Shown: positions 20,907-33,179, counted from the first letter of the stretch. The stretch: DNA of 64,000 nucleotides from Thraustochytrium aureum (GCA_012862495.1 BLSG01000402.1:247701-311700); one strand, 5' to 3'. Made by a program: numbers and translations. Notes: generated by a model not told the origin, from the letters alone.

Positions 20907-23378
20907 GGCCGCCTTGCGCAAGGAAGCGACGCGGAGCGCAGAGAACAGTCAGCCAGCGGCCAAGACTCGTTTGCGCTGGTGCTGCGGCGCTCCCGGGCGC
21001 TCGGTGGGGCGCGTGATGCCCCCCTCCTCTCGCAGTACGGCTTGGTGCTCGTTCGGCACGCGCGTTGGATCCACTCGAGCCCGGCCCTGCGCCAAGGCGC
21101 GGAGAGCGCGGCCGCGCGGGCCGCCGCGCAGCCCGCTGCAACGGATTCCGCCGCCGCCAAGCGCGCTGCGCCCCCCGCAAACGGGAGTAGTGGCTCGAGC
21201 AAGCCGTCACTGAAGCAGCCCAAGGCCAAGGGAGGCTCGGCGTCGGGCAGCAGCGCTTGGCCGAAGGAGACCGCCGCGCTGGTGCTGGGCAAGACCAGGG
21301 ACTTTGTCAAGGCGACCGGGCGCATCACCTTGCAGTTCCTCCGCAACCCGTTGATCGTCCGCGAGTGGGCCAAGTCAGGCAAGAACGCGCTAATGAGCTT
21401 TTTGGACCACACATGGACCGGGTTCAAGCTCCTTGGCGTGGAAACCAGAACGTCCTCCAATCTGGTACGTAAGCGCCTCGCAGGCCACCAGCTCACGCGG
21501 CGGGAGCGGCGCCAGCTCGTCCGCACAACCGCGGACCTGGCGCGCATGGTGCCGTTCATGTTTTTCATGATCGTCCCGTTCATGGAGTTTCTTCTCCCCG
21601 TGGCGCTCAAGCTGTTCCCCAATATGCTGCCCTCCACGTTTCAGGACGGGTACCGCGAGGAGGAGAACATGAAGCGGCAGCTCAAGCTCCGCATCGAGCT
21701 TGCCGGTTTCCTGCAAGACATGGTCGGCGAGATGGAGACCAAAGCGCGCGCAAAGGCCACGCGCAAGGACGAGGTCGAAGTCGAGCACGAAGGCATCTCG
21801 GTGGACGACGTCCAGCACTTTATGGAGCGCGTTCGGATGGGCGCCAACATCGACCAGGCCACCGTGCTCAAGGTGGCCAAGCTGTTTAGCGACGAGCTCA
21901 CCACAGACAACATGTCGCGCTCGCAGCTCGTGATGCTCTGCAAGTACATGGGGCTCGCCCCTTACGGAGGGGACCAGTTCCTCCGGTTCCAGCTGCGCAA
22001 CCGCATCAACTCGATCCGCGATGACGACGCCGCCATCTTTTTCGAAGGCGTCGAGTCGCTCAACGTGTTCGAGCTCAAGCAGGCCTGCCAGGAGCGCGGC
22101 ATGCGCGGAACGGGCCTCACCATGCACCAGCTTCGAACCCAGCTCAAGCGCTGGATCGACCTCAGCGTCAACAAGAACGTGCCGCTCTCGCTGCTCATCC
22201 TCAGTCGCGCCTTCACGCTGCACACCTCGGAGGAGAACCAGGTCGAGGCTGCGCTCAGCGAGGCCATTTCGCAAATGGACAGCGACGTGCTGCAGGAAGC
22301 CCTCGTGGCTGGGGCGGAGTCGAAGGACGTCTCGGCCGACCAGGCCACCCTGTCGCGCCTCAAGCTGGAGGCAATCCGTCAGCAGAACGAGATGATCCAG
22401 GCCGAGATCCGCGAAAAGGCCCGCAAGCAGGCTTTTCTCGAGCAGCTGCGTCAGCGAGCCCAGGCCGAGCTCGAGGCCCAGGAGGGCGCTGGCAAAGTCA
22501 GCATGGACGCAGTGCGCGAGACCGTCGAGGCTGCTGTCGATCGCATCATGCCCAACGTGGACGGGTCCAACCTCGCGGCAGGCGAAATGCACGCGGCTGC
22601 GCTACGGCAGCGCGACGCCGCCGCCAAGGCTGGCATCAAGGTGCCCCTCGACACCGCCCAGAAGCTGGACCAGGCCTTTGGGGCCAAGGACAGGCCCGCC
22701 GGCGCCTCGGAAGACCTGGCGCCGCCGGAGCACACCGCAGCTGCGCCGAACGAAGGCCGCCTGTCGAAGCTTGACGAGCCGCTCCGCGTCGAGACGGAAG
22801 CGGAGAGCGCCGACAAGCACAAGCAAGCAGAGCTCGACCACGGCGAAGAGGACGAGGACAAGGAGTTCACCTCGACGCTGGAGACCATCAAGGTTCTTGC
22901 CTCGGACTCCTCCTTGGTGGAGGAAAAGACCATTCTCGAGGAGATCCTCGAAAAGCAAGAGGAGATGGACGCCGCCAAGGCCGTCGACAGCGGCCGTATC
23001 GTCAAGTCGTCCTCGGACGTCTCTGACACGGGCGTTGCAGGCGAGTCGATGGCACCGGAGAAGGGCGCACGCGGGCTGCTGCGCAAAAAGGTTCGCAGCA
23101 TGCTCGACCGCCTAGAAATTGATGTGGAGGCCATCGACGAGAAGATTGGCCAAAAGTTCAAGCTTTTGGACCTCGACGACGACGGCAAAATCACCGCTTT
23201 CGAGCTGCGGCAGGCCATCGTCACGGCGCTCAAAAAGCAAGAGTCGTACACGGACGAGAAGGCCGACCGCATCATTGCCCGCCTCGACCTGGACAAGGAC
23301 GGCATCATTGACCTTGACCAGCTCGACAAGATTCTTCTGGAACTCAAGGAGCAGCAGATTCGGATCGACGGCGAGTGA
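20907..23378 (+). CDS. LETM1: LETM1/MDM38 mitochondrial inner membrane protein with C-terminal EF-hands; start probably in gap
   Basis: LTRRERRQLVRTTADLARMVPF...VPFMEFLLPVALKLFPNMLPSTF, ELKQACQERGMR, EF-hands LDLDDDGKITAFEL and LDLDKDGIIDLDQL. Confidence 0.95.
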   Translation, partial: GRLAQGSDAERREQSASGQDSFALVLRRSRALGGARDAPLLSQYGLVLVRHARWIHSSPALRQGAESAAARAAAQPAATDSAAAKRAAPPANGSSGSSKPSLKQPKAKGGSASGSSAWPKETAALVLGKTRDFVKATGRITLQFLRNPLIVREWAKSGKNALMSFLDHTWTGFKLLGVETRTSSNLVRKRLAGHQLTRRERRQLVRTTADLARMVPFMFFMIVPFMEFLLPVALKLFPNMLPSTFQDGYREEENMKRQLKLRIELAGFLQDMVGEMETKARAKATRKDEVEVEHEGISVDDVQHFMERVRMGANIDQATVLKVAKLFSDELTTDNMSRSQLVMLCKYMGLAPYGGDQFLRFQLRNRINSIRDDDAAIFFEGVESLNVFELKQACQERGMRGTGLTMHQLRTQLKRWIDLSVNKNVPLSLLILSRAFTLHTSEENQVEAALSEAISQMDSDVLQEALVAGAESKDVSADQATLSRLKLEAIRQQNEMIQAEIREKARKQAFLEQLRQRAQAELEAQEGAGKVSMDAVRETVEAAVDRIMPNVDGSNLAAGEMHAAALRQRDAAAKAGIKVPLDTAQKLDQAFGAKDRPAGASEDLAPPEHTAAAPNEGRLSKLDEPLRVETEAESADKHKQAELDHGEEDEDKEFTSTLETIKVLASDSSLVEEKTILEEILEKQEEMDAAKAVDSGRIVKSSSDVSDTGVAGESMAPEKGARGLLRKKVRSMLDRLEIDVEAIDEKIGQKFKLLDLDDDGKITAFELRQAIVTALKKQESYTDEKADRIIARLDLDKDGIIDLDQLDKILLELKEQQIRIDGE

Positions 23379-23832
23379 GGATAAAGCGAGAGAACCAAGA
23401 AAACCAGGCTGCTCCGCGCGCGCGCGCGTGTGTTGAGCCGTGCCACTTTTCGCGCGCTCGTGTCCCTCGTGTGGTGGGATATGGCTGGCGGAACTCTTGG
23501 GCGGCATGGCGTTGGCCTGCGCCTTTGCGCTGCTGCGGTCGCGCATCGCGTGGGCTTGGCCGAGCCTGCCGATCGGCTGTTGCGACCGTCGTTGGAATAA
23601 GAATTGCTGCTCTGCCCAACTTTTCTTTCATCTGCCCATAGCTTGGAGGGAAGCGAGAGTACTACGTGAAAGCCGCAACTACCTACCTACGATGTCTTTC
23701 ATTTTTTCTTCCTTTCTTTTTGTTGATCTTCGTCACAAGACAAGATCATGGACGAGATGAGATGTCCATCGAGGCCGGGTCCATCAACGCAGGTTCGGCT
23801 CTGGCCGTGCAGCCCTCGACATTGCTCGGCCC

Positions 23833-25100
23833 TCAGGCCGGTGCGGCTGCGAGCGCGCCGCCCGCCTTCATCTGAACGACGTCAAGGAAGGCTCTCCAGT
23901 CCACGCGCGCATTGAGCTCGTGCAATCGGGCAAAAGGCCACGCCTGACTCGGCTCGGGCTTGACGCCCTCAAGGGAATCGCGCAAGAACCCGGCCACGAG
24001 CCGCTCCATCTGGTCCGGCCCACACGCCGAAGCATAGATCGGGCGCTCGAAGGCGTGGCCGTACCTTCCGCCTTGCTGAGCGACTCGCCAGGCTTGTCGA
24101 TTCGCAGAAGCGGGCCAGAGTCCACAAAGCGGTTGCCGACCCAGTTCTCGCTTGGGAAGACGGCGCGCAAGACCTTGGCCAGCTTGCTCAAGCAGACGCG
24201 GGGCAGCGTGGGGCGCGAGGTCAGCTCAACGTACGTCGTGTAGCGCTGTTCGACCTCGTAGCGGTTCCCGCTGTAGCAGGCCAGGACCGTGTCGCAGGAA
24301 CCGCACACCGAAAACAAAGCATAGTAGTGGAGGGGCTCGGGCGTGCGGATGACGACGAGCCCAATATCCTCGAAACGCGTTACCCGCGACACGGTCGGGT
24401 CGCGCAGGGCCTTGCAGCCGGCGAGAACCACGTCGTACTCGGACCGCCAATGCTTTTCGAGCGCCGACGCGTCCTGGGCTAGGATCGCACGAGCGAGCCC
24501 CGGGTGGCGAAGAAAGTAGTCCCACTTGTCCCCGTCGCGCGTCTCGAACGGCCGCGCAAAGGCTTCGCGCTCCATCGTGTTTAGCGTGCAGCAGAGCTGC
24601 ACCGCAGTGTCGACGATGGGGTCGCCCGCGGCCCAGGCGTCAAAGTCGAGTTCGCGAAAGTCCCCAAGTTGCGCCGTCGCTGCAAGCAAGGGCTGCGCCA
24701 GCTCGAGCCCCGCCGCGTCTCGACGCAGCAGGAACGCGCAGACGCTCGTGAAGGCGTCGATGTCAAAATGGTTGCACGTCACCATGTCCTTGTTGCAGTT
24801 CAGAGCCTCGTCGCGCCGCAGCGCAGCGTCCAGGACGAGTTCTGTGCTCGAGTCGCCCACCAGGCCCTTGCGCTTTCCGGCCGCTCTATGGTGCGTCACC
24901 GAGTCGACCGCCCTGCAAAAGCAGTCCACAGCGACGACGCGGCCAAGGTCCACGTCGTCCGGGGCAACCGACCGCTCGCTGACGCGCTCGAAGGCCACAA
25001 ACGAGAGCCCGTGTCCTGGCCCCCACACCCGCAAGCCCCTCTTGCGCTCCCTCCAGTTCCCCAGCCCCGGCGCCCCGCGCGCCTCCCCTCCGCTTCCTCG
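23833..25100 (-). CDS. DUF6687-like (DHH-related) protein; one base missing at ~24066; 5' end uncertain
   Basis: VDC...THH...GDSSTELV...TCNHFDIDA motif. An extra A in GAAGG gives KAERYGHAFERPIYAS...HELN and a stop at 23833. Confidence 0.6.
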
Positions 25101-25509
25101 CAACCAGGCTCGCGCCGCACGCCGCCGCCGCTGCTGCCACGATCACCCCCACCACNNNNNNNNNNNNNNNNNNNNNNNNNNNNNNNNNNNNNNNNNNNNN
25201 NNNNNNNNNNNNNNNNNNNNNNNNNNNNNNNNNNNNNNNNNNNNNNNNNNNNNNNNNNNNNNNNNNNNNNNNNNNNNNNNNNNNNNNNNNNNNNNNNNNN
25301 NNNNNNNNNNNNNNNNNNNNNNNNNNNNNNNNNNNNNNNNNNNNNNNNNNNNNNNNNNNNNNNNNNNNNNNNNNNNNNNNNNNNNNNNNNNNNNNNNNNN
25401 NNNNNNNNNNNNNNNNNNNNNNNNNNNNNNNNNNNNNNNNNNNNNNNNNNNNNNNNNNNNNNNNNNNNNNNNNNNNNNNNNNNNNNNNNNNNNNNNNNNN
25501 NNNNNNNNN

Positions 25510-26569
25510 AGTGGGGCCGCGCTCGAGGCGGACGAGGCGCTGGCGCTGCGGAGGGTCAAGGCGGTCGCTGACGCCCTCGCGGAGGAAGGCATCCTGTTCG
25601 CCAATGTGGGGCCGGTTCGCGACGCGGCCAACTTTGGGATCATTCCTAGCGTACTCGCGATCGCGCCGTGCCTGAACACCTCGGCTAGCTTGGACGCGAG
25701 CGAGGAGCTGGACTTTGAGAGCGCGCTCAAGCTCGCAGGGGTCATTCGCGAAGTGGCCTCGCTGGAGCAGGACGCCAAGGGCAGCTTCCGGTTCTGCGTG
25801 AGCTCTCGGATCAAGGGCGGCGCCCCGTTCTTCCCGGCCTCGTTTTTCGACAAGGACATGGATCGGGCCCACTTCTCCGTTGGCCTCGAAACGAGCGACT
25901 TGCTGGTCAGCGCCTTTGAGAGCGCTGCCGCGAGCGACGAGGTTCGCTCCAACCCGCACTGCCTCATGAGGGCGTGCGAGAGCGCTCTGGTAGCAGGAGT
26001 ACGCTGCTGTGCTCGGGCCGCTGCACCGAGCGTGCGGCGAGGTTGCCTCGCAGCTTGGTGTCGCCTTTGATGGCGTTGACGCCTCGATGAACCCGAGCCT
26101 AGGCGGGCCGGGCATCGGGCACGCCTTTCGCATCGCTCTCTCTGGTTTGAGCGGCGGCGATGCTGCCTTTGGCAGCACAGGCTCGCTCGCCGTCTCCTTT
26201 CTGATTACTCGGGCCATCAAGCGTGCTGCGGAGTCAGCGGGAGCGCTGCTCTGCGGGTACAGCGGCCTCATGTTGCCGCAGATGGAGGATGAAGGCCTTG
26301 CCGCGGCGGCGGACTCGGGCTCTGTTTCTGTCAAGGATTTTCTACTCAGCTCTGCCGTCTGCGGCGTCGGCATCGACACGGTGCCGCTTCCGGGAAACGT
26401 GAGCCTGTCCAAGCTCGCGCTGCTTTTGCTAGACATGCGCGCCTTGTCGCTCCGCTGGGACAAGCCGCTGTCGTGCCGAGTGCTCTTGGTCGACGGCAAG
26501 GAGGCTGGAGAAATCACGGACTTCCACAACCCGTTCCTGTGCAACTCGAAGGTCCTGGGCCTTGCTTGA
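25510..26569 (+). CDS. DUF711/UPF0210 family protein; 5' end in gap; extra base at ~25992
   Basis: APFFPASF, GVDASMNP, CGYSGLMLPQMEDEGLA, SAVCGVGIDTVPLPG, KPLSCRVL. Confidence 0.8.
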
Positions 26570-26738
26570 GCCTCTCCCAGCTAGCTGCACGGAGGAGACG
26601 CGTCGCGGGGGGCCAAGGGGGGGAGGGGCGCGAGCTGGCGCTATTCCGCGTCGGCCCTGCGACGTCCCCGCCGCGTGAACGAGCGATCGTAACTCAGACT
26701 AGCTAGTTTGTTGTGTGCTTGGCCTTGGACTCGTTTCC

Positions 26739-28004
26739 TTAGGTGCGCAAGAACACCGGGAATGGGAGCTCTGCGTCTCCTTCGACGCAGGCACGCTTCC
26801 GCCCCATCGAAGAAACGCGCTGGATGCTCATCACAAGAGCAAGCAGGGCGAGCATCATCACCAACCAGCAACAGGAGAAGGCCACGAACGTACGGAGCGG
26901 CCAAGTCGTCCCAGCGCCAAAGCCGCGGCGCAAGACGGGTAGCGCCACGCGGGCCAAAAACCCCGTCAGCAACGCGAGAAGCGCCGAAAACAAGCCCCCG
27001 TTGGCCAGCAACGGCCAACGTAGCCGTATGCAGTGCCACCAGAGCAGGTTGGCCGTCAACAAGCCGACGACCGCAAACGCCGCGTACACGCCAGCCACGA
27101 GAACGCCGCCAGCTATGCGTGCGAGGGCCGGGAGCGGAGCGAGGCCTTGCGTTCTTGGCAAGAGCTGGTCAGCCAACACCAGGGCCGCGCACGCAAAAAC
27201 AAGGAGCATCAAAGACCGCCGCACCGGCATGGAGAATACCTTGTCAACGGCGCCAGCCAGTTGTGCCGCAGCCTGCGACTTGAGGAGGAAGAATATGCTC
27301 AATCCGAGAAGCGAGACCCTCGCCATGTGCGGGGCTGGCAAAGCAGCGTCCGCTTCCACTCGAGCAGCCGCGGCGTGGCCTGCGTGACCAATGACGCGAG
27401 AAGCGTGCACTGGTTCCGGTTCGGCCTTGCTGCGTTCCGAGTCGGCAGACGCAAGGGTCTGTAACGTATAGGACTCTTCAGAAAAAGGCCCCCACCACAC
27501 GTCTTGCCTGCCTTGCTGTTCTGTGATGCCGTTCGAGTGCCGCACGTGAAAGCGGTATCCGGTCCCTGTTCGGAGGTTGCTGACGGTGTGCACAAAGCTG
27601 GACTCTGACGAGGGATAGGCAACAGGGTTTGCGCTTGCGGGCTGCCACGCTGGAAGAGCAGCCTCGCGATCGCCGGGCCACTCGAGTCCAGCTTCCTCAG
27701 AAACCTCCCGCGGCGACAACAGACGATACTCGAGTTGATACAAGCAGGTCTGCGCGACCTTCACGCCGTCGCCCCTTCGCTGGTCGTCCGCATCCCACCC
27801 GAGGCATCCATTCAAGGGCGCCTCCCACATCACAGTCAGCGTATCCCTCGTCGCGCGTTGCAGCACCGGCCCTGAGGGCCTGTCCGCGTCAGGCGTCAAC
27901 TGGCCGAGCGCGAGCATTGCGACAACGGCCACGACGATCCCGCACTCGACCTTGCCAAGCTTGCCAACCGACCCTGCCGCAGCAATATCCACGGCGTCAC
28001 CCAT
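26739..28004 (-). CDS. Fibronectin type III domain multi-pass membrane protein (may extend into gap)
   Basis: FN3 pattern PSGP...TLTVMWEAP...YQLEYR...TVSNLRTGTGYRFHVRHSN...GPFSEES, followed by about 5-6 hydrophobic segments. Confidence 0.7.
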   Translation of the reverse strand: MGDAVDIAAAGSVGKLGKVECGIVVAVVAMLALGQLTPDADRPSGPVLQRATRDTLTVMWEAPLNGCLGWDADDQRRGDGVKVAQTCLYQLEYRLLSPREVSEEAGLEWPGDREAALPAWQPASANPVAYPSSESSFVHTVSNLRTGTGYRFHVRHSNGITEQQGRQDVWWGPFSEESYTLQTLASADSERSKAEPEPVHASRVIGHAGHAAAARVEADAALPAPHMARVSLLGLSIFFLLKSQAAAQLAGAVDKVFSMPVRRSLMLLVFACAALVLADQLLPRTQGLAPLPALARIAGGVLVAGVYAAFAVVGLLTANLLWWHCIRLRWPLLANGGLFSALLALLTGFLARVALPVLRRGFGAGTTWPLRTFVAFSCCWLVMMLALLALVMSIQRVSSMGRKRACVEGDAELPFPVFLRT

Positions 28005-28657
28005 CTCGGCTCCGCTACTCCGATGCTCTGCCTCTGCCTTCCCACTCGGTCCGCGCTCCAGCTCTGCCTGCCNNNNNNNNNNNNNNNNNNNNNNNNNNNN
28101 NNNNNNNNNNNNNNNNNNNNNNNNNNNNNNNNNNNNNNNNNNNNNNNNNNNNNNNNNNNNNNNNNNNNNNNNNNNNNNNNNNNNNNNNNNNNNNNNNNNN
28201 NNNNNNNNNNNNNNNNNNNNNNNNNNNNNNNNNNNNNNNNNNNNNNNNNNNNNNNNNNNNNNNNNNNNNNNNNNNNNNNNNNNNNNNNNNNNNNNNNNNN
28301 NNNNNNNNNNNNNNNNNNNNNNNNNNNNNNNNNNNNNNNNNNNNNNNNNNNNNNNNNNNNNNNNNNNNNNNNNNNNNNNNNNNNNNNNNNNNNTTGGTGA
28401 GAACGCACGATGCACGCACACGGGGGTGCTCGATTTGGTGAGAACGAGTGCACACCGTGTCTGGCGCGCCACAAAGAGAGGCGGTGGACACGCGGAGGAG
28501 CTGGTCGGGGCGGCGTGAAGGCAGGCGCGTTCGTGGCCGGACGCTCGCTTTCCCTTTGCCGCCGTCCTCGTCGTCTTCGCCGTCGTCTTCGCCGTCGTCT
28601 TCTTCGCCGCCGCCGTCGTCGCTGTTGGTGTGTGTTTGGTGCCGTCGTTGCTGCAGG

Positions 28658-30187
28658 ATGGGCGACGCCAACGAGGAGGACGAGGTCGCGCTTTCGGCGG
28701 ACGCGCTCGCCGCGCTGCAAATGGTGATGGGCAGCGGCGCGGGCGCGGAGGAGCTAGCGGCGATGCTCGGGGCGCGACGCGCAGCAGAATCCTCGTCGGA
28801 TGAGGACGAGGACGAGGAGGACGCCCAAGGGTGGGCGCAAGGCGAGTCGCACGCCGAGTACTACCGGCGGCTTTTCCCAGAGCGGTACGCCGACGCGGAG
28901 GAGGGCGCGCGCGACGCCACGACTTCGGGGCCGGTAGTAAACCCCGTCGCGCTTGTCACTGTCGAGGATGAGTACGTGCAAAACCTCCTCCTGCGCGCGT
29001 TCGAGTCGCGGCCAGAGTGGCGGGTCCTGACGACCGTGCCCGCGGCCGCCGAAGACGGCGACCAAACCGGGTTTGACGCGTCGCTGGAGCCATACGACTT
29101 GCACTGGGGCGAGTATGAGCACATCGAGTGGTTTTCGCCGCGGTTTGCGAGCGGGGAGATCCTCGCGAGCTGCTACTACAACAGGAAAGGGCTGATTCGC
29201 AAGGGCCACCTGGCCAGCATACTCGAAAAGTGGAGGGCAAAGCACCCGGAGCGCCTTCCACTAGCGCCCAAGTCCTACATCCTCTCGCTGGAGCCCAAGC
29301 GCGACGGCGAGACGCCGGAGGAGTTTGCCGCCAACTTTGACAAGGCCTGGGAAAAGTCGGGCTTCCCGGGGTTCCAGACCAGCAAGGCCGCAGCAGAAGA
29401 GACGCGGCAAATGACGGAGGACGGCAGCGTCTGGATCCTCAAACCAAGCGTGACCAACCAGGCCGCGGGGATCTCTCTTGCACGGAGCAGGCGACAGCTC
29501 GAGGAGGCCGTCCGCGCTGCAGACGAGATGCAGCGCGCCGGCGAGTTTGTTCTGCAAGAGTACCTGCGCCCACTGCTTCTGGACCAGCGCAAGTTTCATT
29601 TGCGCGTGTTCATGTTGCTTCACGGGAATTTGACAGCGTATGTGGCCCCGGACTTTTTGGCAATTTTCTCGCTCGAGCCGTACACGGGCGCCAGCCTGGA
29701 CCAAACACGCGCGCACCTGACCAACATTTCGCACCAAGAGGTCCTCTCCGAGGAAGACGAGCATAGGTGCATGCGCCTTTTCAGCGAGACAAAGCAAGAC
29801 ATGCTCGACGCGGGCGTGGTGGCGTCCCTTGAGGAGGCCGGCCGTCGCGTCGAAGGGGTTCGGCAGCGCGTCTTTGACATCGTTGCGGAGACCATGGAGG
29901 CCGTGAGCGCCGAGCTGACGTTCCAAAGCCGCGCCAACTGCTTTGAGCTGTTCGGCCTTGACTTTGTGGTGGACCCCGAGTGGAACGTCTGGCTCCTTGA
30001 GGCCAACGCAGAGCCAGACCTCAGCAAGGCCGGGGATCGCTTGCAAGGCGTCATCGACGCGGTCTTGCGCGACACCTTGTCAATAGTCGTCGACCGCAAC
30101 GCGCGCTTTTCGGGCGGGGCGCCCACTGAGGCGGCGGACCCGCCAGGCCTCGTTCGCGTTTTCGAGCGGTCTGGCAGGGCCTTTTGA
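28658..30187 (+). CDS. Tubulin-tyrosine ligase family ATP-grasp protein
   Basis: WILKPS, VLQEYLRPLLL, KFHLRVFML, HLTN, FELFGLDFVVD, WLLEAN. Confidence 0.9.
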   Translation: MGDANEEDEVALSADALAALQMVMGSGAGAEELAAMLGARRAAESSSDEDEDEEDAQGWAQGESHAEYYRRLFPERYADAEEGARDATTSGPVVNPVALVTVEDEYVQNLLLRAFESRPEWRVLTTVPAAAEDGDQTGFDASLEPYDLHWGEYEHIEWFSPRFASGEILASCYYNRKGLIRKGHLASILEKWRAKHPERLPLAPKSYILSLEPKRDGETPEEFAANFDKAWEKSGFPGFQTSKAAAEETRQMTEDGSVWILKPSVTNQAAGISLARSRRQLEEAVRAADEMQRAGEFVLQEYLRPLLLDQRKFHLRVFMLLHGNLTAYVAPDFLAIFSLEPYTGASLDQTRAHLTNISHQEVLSEEDEHRCMRLFSETKQDMLDAGVVASLEEAGRRVEGVRQRVFDIVAETMEAVSAELTFQSRANCFELFGLDFVVDPEWNVWLLEANAEPDLSKAGDRLQGVIDAVLRDTLSIVVDRNARFSGGAPTEAADPPGLVRVFERSGRAF

Positions 30188-30231
30188 GCGGGCGTCGAGG
30201 CCTGGCAGGGCCTTTTGAGCGGGCGTCGAGG
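30171..30231. repeat. 31-bp tandem duplication over the TTL stop codon, running into an N gap
   Basis: ctggcagggccttttgagcgggcgtcgagg occurs twice. Confidence 0.85.
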
Positions 30232-30816
30232 NNNNNNNNNNNNNNNNNNNNNNNNNNNNNNNNNNNNNNNNNNNNNNNNNNNNNNNNNNNNNNNNNNNNN
30301 NNNNNNNNNNNNNNNNNNNNNNNNNNNNNNNNNNNNNNNNNNNNNNNNNNNNNNNNNNNNNNNNNNNNNNNNNNNNNNNNNNNNNNNNNNNNNNNNNNNN
30401 NNNNNNNNNNNNNNNNNNNNNNNNNNNNNNNNNNNNNNNNNNNNNNNNNNNNNNNNNNNNNNNNNNNNNNNNNNNNNNNNAGCTCTAGCTTAGAGAGGGC
30501 TCCAGGGCGGGCCAGTGCAAACTCGACCCAAACTCCTTCGAGCCCAGCGAATGTTCTGTCTGTCTGTCTGTCCGCCGCCATCTTGCCTGTTTTCCTCCGA
30601 GCAACCTCAGCGCATCCTCCACTTTTGTTCCCGCCAGCGCGCTGGTGCGGGCAGGCCAGCAGTCCTCGCGAGCTCCACTCCGTCGCGAGCAACGAGCGCG
30701 CAGGCCAGCGGCGGTGTGAAACGGCCCAGCGAGCCGGGGCGCGCGAGAGCAAGCCGAACGAACGCCCGTCAACAAGCCGCGCGCCGACCTGCTTGCTTTG
30801 TTTGAAGCGGAGCACG

Positions 30817-31347
30817 ATGGCCTCGACGCTCCAGGAAGGCGTGGCGGAGCCGCTGTACCCTGTCGAGGACGAGGGCGGGCACAATGCGTGCGCTGGGTTT
30901 GTGCAAAAGCGCGGCTACAGGTTTCAGTCGATGCCCTGCTTTGGGGCCGAGTACAAGCGGAGATTTCTGGCGCTGCGCGGCAAGTTCCTGTTCAGGTACT
31001 CGGGGCCGAACTCGAAAAAGACCAAGGGCGTCCCGCTTGACGTTGAGGCGTACAGCGTCGAGGTCGTTGACGAGGGCGAAGACGACGTGGGCGTGATCGA
31101 GCCGTACGCCTTCAAGCTCGTGTCCGTGTACAAAACCTACATGTTTGCCTGCAACAATGCCGACGAGCGGGCGGTTTGGGTGGAGGCTATCCGGGCGGCT
31201 AAAGAGCGAGCAATCAAGCAGAGGCTGGGCCACGCCCCGGTCGAGGGCTGGGAGCGCGAGACCAACCAGTTCGGCGACCGCCTCGTGCAGCGCAAGCACC
31301 GCAAGGACGAGGCGGAGCGCGAGACGACGCAAACGCACCTCTACTAG
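30817..31347 (+). CDS. Small PH-domain protein
   Basis: GFVQKRG...YKRRFLALRGKFLFRY...YMFACNNADERAVWVEAIR. Confidence 0.85.
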   Translation: MASTLQEGVAEPLYPVEDEGGHNACAGFVQKRGYRFQSMPCFGAEYKRRFLALRGKFLFRYSGPNSKKTKGVPLDVEAYSVEVVDEGEDDVGVIEPYAFKLVSVYKTYMFACNNADERAVWVEAIRAAKERAIKQRLGHAPVEGWERETNQFGDRLVQRKHRKDEAERETTQTHLY

Positions 31348-33179
31348 CTCACTCCTGCTGTGCATGTTGCAGGCTGGGCAGAGAGGCGGGCGGCGCTCAA
31401 TCGCAAGGTGTACAGCATTCGGTAGAGTTGGCCTATGTGCGTCCTGCGAGCCCCGCGAGCGACGCGCAGACAAGGTGTCCCTCGGTGCCATCCCACCGAT
31501 TTCGCGTGATCGATTTGGCCGTCTGTCCGCCTGCAAGGCTCGGCATGACGATGACGTTGACGATGATGCGGCAAGCGGGCCCTGGATCATGCATGGTGCA
31601 CCAAAACGAAAACGAAAACGAAAACGAGTTGAAGAAAATCATTTTGCGCTTGTGCAGGCTTGCGCAGTTGCGCAGTGGCGGTCGCGGAGACCGCAGTGGT
31701 GGTTTGTCGTGAGTCGATCTCTCCGCCAACTTGGCCCAGCAAATGATTTGGACGAGCACGCGTCTGCTGACGTGCTTTGTAGTGCGAGCGCGCTTGGCGA
31801 GTTCACCCTTGGCGCTGAACTGATGGGCAAGGAAAGAGGGGAGGGGCCCCAATCAAGAAGATGACATTCAACCCAGCTCGGTCCTCCTCCTGGCCTGAAG
31901 CTCCATCTGCCTTGCTGGGACTGGCGGGCGGCCAAAAAACTCTGGTGTCGTCCCAGACTCGCGGCGTCCCAGAGCCCAGCCCCTCCCCGACAAGCGAAAG
32001 ATCCGCTATGATAGCAGGGAGGGTGTGGGGGGCTCGGGAAGAACTTCTAGAAGAGCGCCGTATAATCAAAACCATTCGGGAAAATAGTTGACGTTAATGA
32101 TTGGAGACGGTCGCGCGTGGCCGGCTGCGCTACAGCTCCCCAGCATCGGCTCGCAGGATCCGACTCAGCAAAAACGAACGAGCCTCCCGAGCGCTGGCAG
32201 TGAGCGGCTGCCTCCTTGGCCCGCCCGCTCTGGTCCACTCGAGCGCGCATCGAATCCTCCCTTCTCGAGAGCCTGCGATCGCGACACGCGACCGAGTGGG
32301 CGGCCGCTGGCCTCAGGACCGACGACGGAGGCATGGCGATGACGGTGCTGCTGCGACAGAAACGCACGAATCAGCAACCTACTCGTACCTTTGTGCCACG
32401 CCGGNNNNNNNNNNNNNNNNNNNNNNNNNNNNNNNNNNNNNNNNNNNNNNNNNNNNNNNNNNNNNNNNNNNNNNNNNNNNNNNNNNNNNNNNNNNNNNNN
32501 NNNNNNNNNNNNNNNNNNNNNNNNNNNNNNNNNNNNNNNNNNNNNNNNNNNNNNNNNNNNNNNNNNNNNNNNNNNNNNNNNNNNNNNNNNNNNNNNNNNN
32601 NNGGCACATCGTCGCGGTGAATGAAATCATGATTCTCTCGTTTTCTTTGGCCAGGCCCTCCCTGAATTCGTCCCTGCGCAGAGAGGGCAGACTCTGTTCC
32701 TTTCCCTCACCAGCACTGGCAATCGGCCGGCCACAGCACACTCAGCACGCGGGGGCAGGCGGGACGTGATGGACCGGGGACGGCCGCAGGTCGACGGTCT
32801 GTCGCCGCGGCAAATCGAATACCGCAGCCTGCGCCGATTCTGTCGGCGAGACACCGCACGGCGTCCTTGCGCGACCCGGACGCGTCTATTTGCCTGTGAA
32901 CGCGTCGCTACGTCCTGCATACTCCGGCGGAGGGCAGAGGTGTTCTGACGGGAGGGTAGGAGCGGTGGAGCCGTACTTGCGCGCGAGTTGCAACGCCAGC
33001 TGCGCGAGGAGTTGCAGACAGCGCGAGAATACCGGGCAATCACGAGGTCGAGCAGTCCCAAACGAGAGGCGCAGGTGCTGCTTGTCGTGGACGCGCAGAG
33101 CGCGGGCGTGGCAGACCAAGCACGGACGAGCAGCAGGGTTGTGAGCTGCGCGCTTGTCGGTTCGCGGGCCGGCGGGAAG

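Noticed and set aside
32041..32053. Heat-shock element (TTCTAGAA)
   Set aside because: Only two correctly spaced units; expected by chance
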